From Candidatus Bathyarchaeota archaeon (lineage in GTDB: Archaea > Thermoproteota > Bathyarchaeia > Bathyarchaeales > Bathycorpusculaceae): DNA of 64,000 nucleotides. This document shows, in pieces, positions 58,812 through 64,000 of the stretch. Positions within the stretch are counted from its first letter, which is position 1; every line of letters starts with the position of its first letter. The position numbers were made by a program, and so were the translations under genes. The stretch is from contig CAWDYC010000005.1 in the NCBI GenBank assembly GCA_963806535.1, positions 192,001 through 256,000 on the forward strand. Direction: 5' to 3'. Under the pieces are notes generated by a model that saw only the letters and a list, made by a program, of their open reading frames with translations, was not told where the DNA came from and did no database searches.

Positions 58812-59405
58812 TCAGTAATTAAAACGCTGATTTTTCCAAACGTCGGCATTGTCATTGTATCCGCGTCGTTCCCAGAAACCCAGCTCTTTGTTGCGGGTAA
58901 ACCGTAAATGCACCACCCACAACGCGCTTTTATATGCATACTTGCTCGGAACTATCAGGCGCACCGGAAATCCTAAACCTTCTTCCAAAACTTCATCATT
59001 AAGCTTGTAAGCTAAAAGCACATCGTCGCCGTAAAGTTCTTCTCGAAAAAGCGAAGTGGTATACGAGTCGGCGCATTCAAAAGTTACAGCTTTCGCAACT
59101 TCTTTGGGTTTAACGAGCTTTTCGATTTCACGAATGTGAATGCCCTCCCATTTGCAATCTAAAACGCTCCATCCTTCGACGCAATGAAAATCGCTTGTTG
59201 AAACGGTTTTTGGCAGTTTCATGAAGTCATTCCAGCTTAGCTTGATTGGGTTTTCTACTTCGCCTTCAATTGTTAGCGAGTAGGTTTCGAGTTTGAGTTG
59301 CGGGTTTGTTGACTTTATGCCTGGGTGATCAATACCCCAACGTAAAATGCGATTTGTTGCTTCTTGATTAGGTGGCAACTTCTTTTTCTTAGGTTCAGAG
59401 GACAA
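58812..59405 (-). CDS. sulfite oxidase-like molybdopterin oxidoreductase (no signal peptide)
   Basis: DFHCVEGWS, GFPVRLIVP, YAYKSALW, GFWERRGY. Confidence 0.92.
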   Translation of the reverse strand: MSSEPKKKKLPPNQEATNRILRWGIDHPGIKSTNPQLKLETYSLTIEGEVENPIKLSWNDFMKLPKTVSTSDFHCVEGWSVLDCKWEGIHIREIEKLVKPKEVAKAVTFECADSYTTSLFREELYGDDVLLAYKLNDEVLEEGLGFPVRLIVPSKYAYKSALWVVHLRFTRNKELGFWERRGYNDNADVWKNQRFNY

Positions 59406-59458
59406 AAGAATTACCTAGAAAAGTATTGTTTAGCATAAACAAAAAGTTTGCTTAGAAT

Positions 59459-60562
59459 TTAACTTGTTTGGAAAAAGCTTGTTAATCGCTTCTGCTGCGG
59501 CTCTTCTTTAACAAAACTGCCGATTCTAACTCCCGCCCGCCTGATTGGGAGTTCCGAATCTGCAAGATATTTTTCGAAAAGTTCCTGTGCTCCTTTGTAG
59601 ATAGTTTCTTTGTCTTTTGCCGGTTTATCCAAAGTCTTCGATCGGCTCTTGCCCGAAAGATCAGTCATAACTGCACTTATTCCAACAAGGCGAAAACTCA
59701 TGTTTTTTGAGGTAAATTCATTACAAATATCCTCAATTTGCTCGTGAATCTTTGCCATAATTACCGAAATGTCGCGAGTGTCTTCTTTTAGGGTGCCCAT
59801 TCGCCCTATAGATCCAGCTTCGCCTGTTTCTTGTACGGGCTCGTTGTCGATACCTCTTGCGGCGTCATGGAAATATAGTCCGAGACTTTTTCCAAAAACT
59901 GCAACAAGTTTCTGAACATCAACTTTCTCCAAGTCGCCAATGGTTTTTATGCCCATGGAATCCATTTTTGCACTTATCTTTTTGCCAACTCCCAAAAGGC
60001 GATCAACGGTCAACGGCGACATAAAGCATCCGACTTCATCCGGAGTAATAATGGTTAAGCCGTCGGGTTTTTGGCTGTCACACGCAATTTTAGAAACAAG
60101 TTTGTTCGGTCCGACACCTATTGTGAAAGATATGCCCACCTGCTTTTTGACTTCAGTTTTAATTTCTTGAGCATAATCTTTTGCCCTCTCAAAGCTGCAT
60201 TGAACTTGCTCTGTAACATCCAAGTAAGCCTCATCAATACTGACTTGCTCCATATTGGTTGCATAGTTGCTAAAAATCTGCATTATGCGTTCGCTTATTT
60301 CTTCATAATATTCATGGTCAACTGGCAAGAAAACGGCATCAGTTCCTTCCAATTTTCGGATTGCTAGGAACAGGGGCATTCCTGATTTAACGCCACATTT
60401 TCTGGCAATATAGTTGCTCGTACTTACTGCTCCGCTTATCTCAGTGCGTCCTGAGTAGACGCCTACAACAACAGGCTTATCCTTCAGAGCTGGGTTGCGT
60501 AGCTCTTCACATTGGGCAAAGAAATAATCAAAATCTGCCAGCATAACAACGCGGTTCTGCAT
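59459..60562 (-). CDS. dinB: Y-family DNA polymerase IV
   Basis: DFDYFFAQ, SNY.AR..GVKSGM, SIDEAYLD, KPDG, C-terminal PIP box QKRLTSFF. ATG at 60562. Confidence 0.95.
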   Translation of the reverse strand: MQNRVVMLADFDYFFAQCEELRNPALKDKPVVVGVYSGRTEISGAVSTSNYIARKCGVKSGMPLFLAIRKLEGTDAVFLPVDHEYYEEISERIMQIFSNYATNMEQVSIDEAYLDVTEQVQCSFERAKDYAQEIKTEVKKQVGISFTIGVGPNKLVSKIACDSQKPDGLTIITPDEVGCFMSPLTVDRLLGVGKKISAKMDSMGIKTIGDLEKVDVQKLVAVFGKSLGLYFHDAARGIDNEPVQETGEAGSIGRMGTLKEDTRDISVIMAKIHEQIEDICNEFTSKNMSFRLVGISAVMTDLSGKSRSKTLDKPAKDKETIYKGAQELFEKYLADSELPIRRAGVRIGSFVKEEPQQKRLTSFFQTS

Positions 60563-61434
60563 TACGTTGCGCTTCCTTTGCTTTTTGGCATTAGCCAAGA
60601 CCCATCACAGACTGCTGTGTTTAACTGATCTAAACCCTCTCGGCAAACACCAAACTTCATCCCTTTAGCCTCTGCCAAATCTCGAATATCCTTAAGAAGC
60701 TTATATCTTAGGTCTTTTGGTAAAAGAGTGCTGCCGCCGATTTTTTCGCCTTGCTGAAAATAAAGCGGTTTAAGCTTCTCCGCTATCTTTGGCATGGCTT
60801 GGTTAAGTCGCATCCAATTGTCCGCTTTTGCCTTATAAGTTGAGCAGGTAACGTGTTTAACACCTATGCTTGCTAGCTCTATGATGAGTTTTTGCGGTTG
60901 GTCATTTACTAATGGTATAATCGGATCTATTCTGACGGAGACGGGTATGCCTGCTTTGATTAAGTCTTGGGCCGCTCTAAGCCGTAGAGACGGTGGAGGT
61001 GCCCACGGTTCAATCAGTTTCGCCACGTTATCGTCGTCAGTGGTTATGGTTAACGCGACCGTTGAAGGAATTTTTGTTAGTAGGTCGTCGTCTCTGGTTA
61101 CGATGTTGCTTTTGGTGATGATTTGGATTTTGCAGTTGCTTTCAGTTAGAATTTCAAGGCAACGCCTTGTTAAGCCAGTGGACGCTTCTACACGTGGATA
61201 TGGGTCAGATGAATTAGCTATTGAAATTGTTTCGCCTTTGAGTTTTGCTGCTTCCCGCTTCAAAGTTGCAAGCAGGTCTTTTTTTGGTCTGCAATCGCTG
61301 AAACTTGGAATGTAGCTGGAGGCGTAACAGTAGATGCATTGGTGGTCGCATCCAGTGTAAGGGTTAAACGTAAGCTTCGGTGGGCAAGTGCAGAGGCCAG
61401 AACGCCAAGGGTCAAAATTTGTAATTAACGGCAC
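60562..61434 (-). CDS. radical SAM protein, SplB/spore photoproduct lyase-like
   Basis: NPYTGCDHQCIYCYA, SSDPY, ITKS, RIDPIIP. TAATG overlap with dinB. Confidence 0.9.
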   Translation of the reverse strand: MPLITNFDPWRSGLCTCPPKLTFNPYTGCDHQCIYCYASSYIPSFSDCRPKKDLLATLKREAAKLKGETISIANSSDPYPRVEASTGLTRRCLEILTESNCKIQIITKSNIVTRDDDLLTKIPSTVALTITTDDDNVAKLIEPWAPPPSLRLRAAQDLIKAGIPVSVRIDPIIPLVNDQPQKLIIELASIGVKHVTCSTYKAKADNWMRLNQAMPKIAEKLKPLYFQQGEKIGGSTLLPKDLRYKLLKDIRDLAEAKGMKFGVCREGLDQLNTAVCDGSWLMPKSKGSAT

Positions 61435-61569
61435 CTAACTTCACTTACTCAATAATGATTTGACGGCAAACAAAAACTATTCGCAAAAATTTGCACAAAA
61501 TGTAATCAATTTTACTTGAGAACATCCTCTCATAAAAATGAAGAAAATGTTATGAAGATTTTGATTCTT

Positions 61570-62475
61570 TTAAGGTGGTATTACGCCCATTCTTGAGAGT
61601 TCTTCTTTGAGGCTGTCTCTGATATTTTTGAGGGTTTGCCGTTTTTGGACATAGTCGTCGCCGCGATATTTTGTCTGCTTTGAAGTCGCGGTCTAACTGG
61701 TCAAGCTCCATCATAATTTCGGTGATTCTTGCTTTAAGCTGGTCGACATAGGAAACGGCTTTTTCTCTAACTATAACTTCTGAAGGTGCAAGAGACGTTT
61801 TTATTACGCCATCTTCTATGCGCAAGAATTCTGTTAGATGCACGAGCTACGCTTGGGTCATGAGTAACCATAATTATGGTTTTACCAAGTTCTTGATTTA
61901 CTTTTGTACAGGTACTCCACAATCATTCTTGCGTTGTGCGTATCCAATTCGCCAGTTGGCTCATCTGCCAGCAGAACCGGAGCGTCATTTGCCAAGTGCA
62001 GCCGCTATAGCTATTCTTTGCTGTTCACCACCACTTAATTCTTCAGGCTTATGGTCAGCACGTGTTTGTAGAGCCAACGATTTCAAGCAGCTCTTGTAGT
62101 TCGTTGCTTTCTTTTGCCGCGTGAGATTCCGGATGCAACCATTGAGAACTCTATGTTTTCCTTTGCTGTTAAGGTGGGAATAAGGTTTAGGTTTTGGAAG
62201 ATGTGCCCAACCATTTTTCTTCTGTAATCGACAAGTTGCCTAACTGATAGATCTGTGACGGTTTTTTCGCCAACTTGAACGGTGCCTGCGGTGGCTTTGT
62301 CTAGACCGCCGATAATGTTTAGAAGGGTTGTTTTGCCGCTTCCACTTGGACCTATGATTGAAATTAACTCTCCTGATGAGATGTCAAGGTTTAACCCGCG
62401 TAGGGCTTGCACTTCAATTTTGCCTGTGTGATGTACTTTAACTAGGTCTCTTACTTTTACGTTTAATCCACTCAT
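61570..62475 (-). CDS. ABC ATP-binding protein with C-terminal coiled-coil extension (several indels)
   Basis: [31 protein letters not shown] recovered across frames. Ends ...[11 protein letters not shown]. Confidence 0.85.
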
Positions 62476-64000
62476 TTCATTCTCACCATTTTTTCAAGTT
62501 TAGTGACATATTGGCTGGACATTACTAGGATTGCCCAATTACAGAGGTAGCGTATATCATAACGATGTAGGTGACTATGCTTTCGATGGCGCTTGGTGGA
62601 TATATAAACCGTTGAACTATAAGCTGTGATGCGGCACCACCTGTTGAAATTATTGTGCCATAATCGATTATTAATCCAACAGCAATACCCAAGTATCACT
62701 GAGAATGTTATTATGGCGATGTTTTCGTTCAGGAAGCATCCAGACTATTTGCCTATATGATAATCCTCTGACACTCATGAGAGTAGCTTCACGGCTTCTT
62801 TCACGTAGACTAACAACCGCAACCAGCGCTGTTCCTACAGTTGCAAAAAGGACAGCGAAGATAACGCCCAAGCTTTGAACGTCAAGAACTTGCAAGGTAT
62901 AGAATGTATTTTGATTGCCACTTGGACTGCTGGTATAAACTATCTGATTACCATTGGAACTAACCATTACGCTGCCCTGATTCTGAATGTTAGAGCTAAT
63001 CGTTGCTTGCCATTGCTCATTAAACGATTCAACGCCTAAAATATCAAGGTTTAAACCTCTAATCTGCTCAGCAACTGCTGTTCCATTCACGCCTGGGTTC
63101 AATCTGAGCAGAATTTGAACATCAAAGCTTTCCAGTTTGTAAGCGTCACTTCCAACAGTCATGTTGAAGAGGTTTCTGGGCACATATGACCATGTTGGGA
63201 TAGTATACGATGATCCTCCGAAAGCTCCTTGAGGCGTAGATGGTGCTGGACCAAACAAGCCTACAATTGTTAGTTTTCGTGCTCCTGACGGAAAGTCTAT
63301 GCCGATTGTGTCGCCTACCTTAAGGTTAAGCTGATGAGCTACTCTGCGTTCCAGAATTATTGTCATGTTGTTTGATTTCATGGCGTTGAAGGCTTGTTGC
63401 ATGCTAGTTCCTGTAGAACCAGTCGTCTTCATGATAGGCAGTTGCAAGCCAAGAGTCAGGGTCAACAGTCCTAATTGTTGTGTCAGCGTAATTTTGAACT
63501 AGTTGGCACTGCATGGTTGAGTTCCTTATTCCTGAAACATTGCCCAAAATGTCCGATAATATTGCAGGGGCCAGTGATGAATTTAAAACGCTCACAGATA
63601 TGTCAGCGCCCACACCATAAGTAGGGTCAGACTGTACTTGTCTAACAAGATAATCTTGTTGACTAACCAGTTGCCCAGTTACTTGAACACTGTAACCAAC
63701 TATCAACGCTATAAGGAACGCAACAGCTGCTGCACGGCCAGCGTTGCGTCTCACGTTTTTTGCCGCCAAAGCGCCTAAATCACCAAGTACGCTTGAAATT
63801 TTGGAGCTTGCTCTTTGGAAAAGTTGAGAGTTTTTTATTAGAAGTTGTGTGATGCCCCAAAAGAACAGAAGAGGACCAATATATGTTAGGGCTAGGTCAA
63901 TTAGAGTAACTGGTATAACCAGGAATGATAGGAAATATGTTCCTCCAGAGGAGTAAGTCGCGTTGGAAAGTAGCGTTGGAATGTTTAGACCCAAAAGGTA
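62472..64000 (-). CDS. large FtsX/MacB-type ABC permease, 5' truncated, several indels
   Basis: LAAKNVRRN, GADI, SLRERSREATLMSVRG. Fragments 63404-63994, 62671-63465 and 62472-62699. Confidence 0.82.

Overview
Archaeal chromosomal window with TFB, RadA, SUI1/aIF1, PurP, a tungsten AOR, an EF-2 paralogue and archaeal-type tRNA-Ile2(CAU) and tRNA-Gln(UUG). Gene content suggests Bathyarchaeia, which is an inference. It is mostly housekeeping, redox and DNA-repair genes plus many secreted or membrane proteins. I saw no CRISPR, rRNA, integrase or transposase. Three patches (about 18.5-18.7, 34.2-37.8 and 61.6-64 kb) carry many single-base indels that look like assembly errors. The best candidate for an undescribed system is at 7.3-16.4 kb: two paralogous two-gene modules, each an N-anchored extracellular protein plus a winged-helix regulator with two C-terminal TM helices (ToxR/ToxS-like logic). 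Both module promoters and the divergent MacB/FtsX-type ABC operon share one architecture: a GTTC-N7-GAAC palindrome, a helically phased GTTC half-site, 11 nt, then a weak TATA. Other highlights are a radA-coupled unknown protein with a C-terminal PCNA-binding PIP box, a CysRS paralogue with rewired Zn ligands and no anticodon domain next to a peroxiredoxin, a diphthamide-less EF-2 paralogue coupled to OGG1, a tandem operator at 27.4 kb, a leaderless uORF coupled to tfb, and several unannotated small ORFs.
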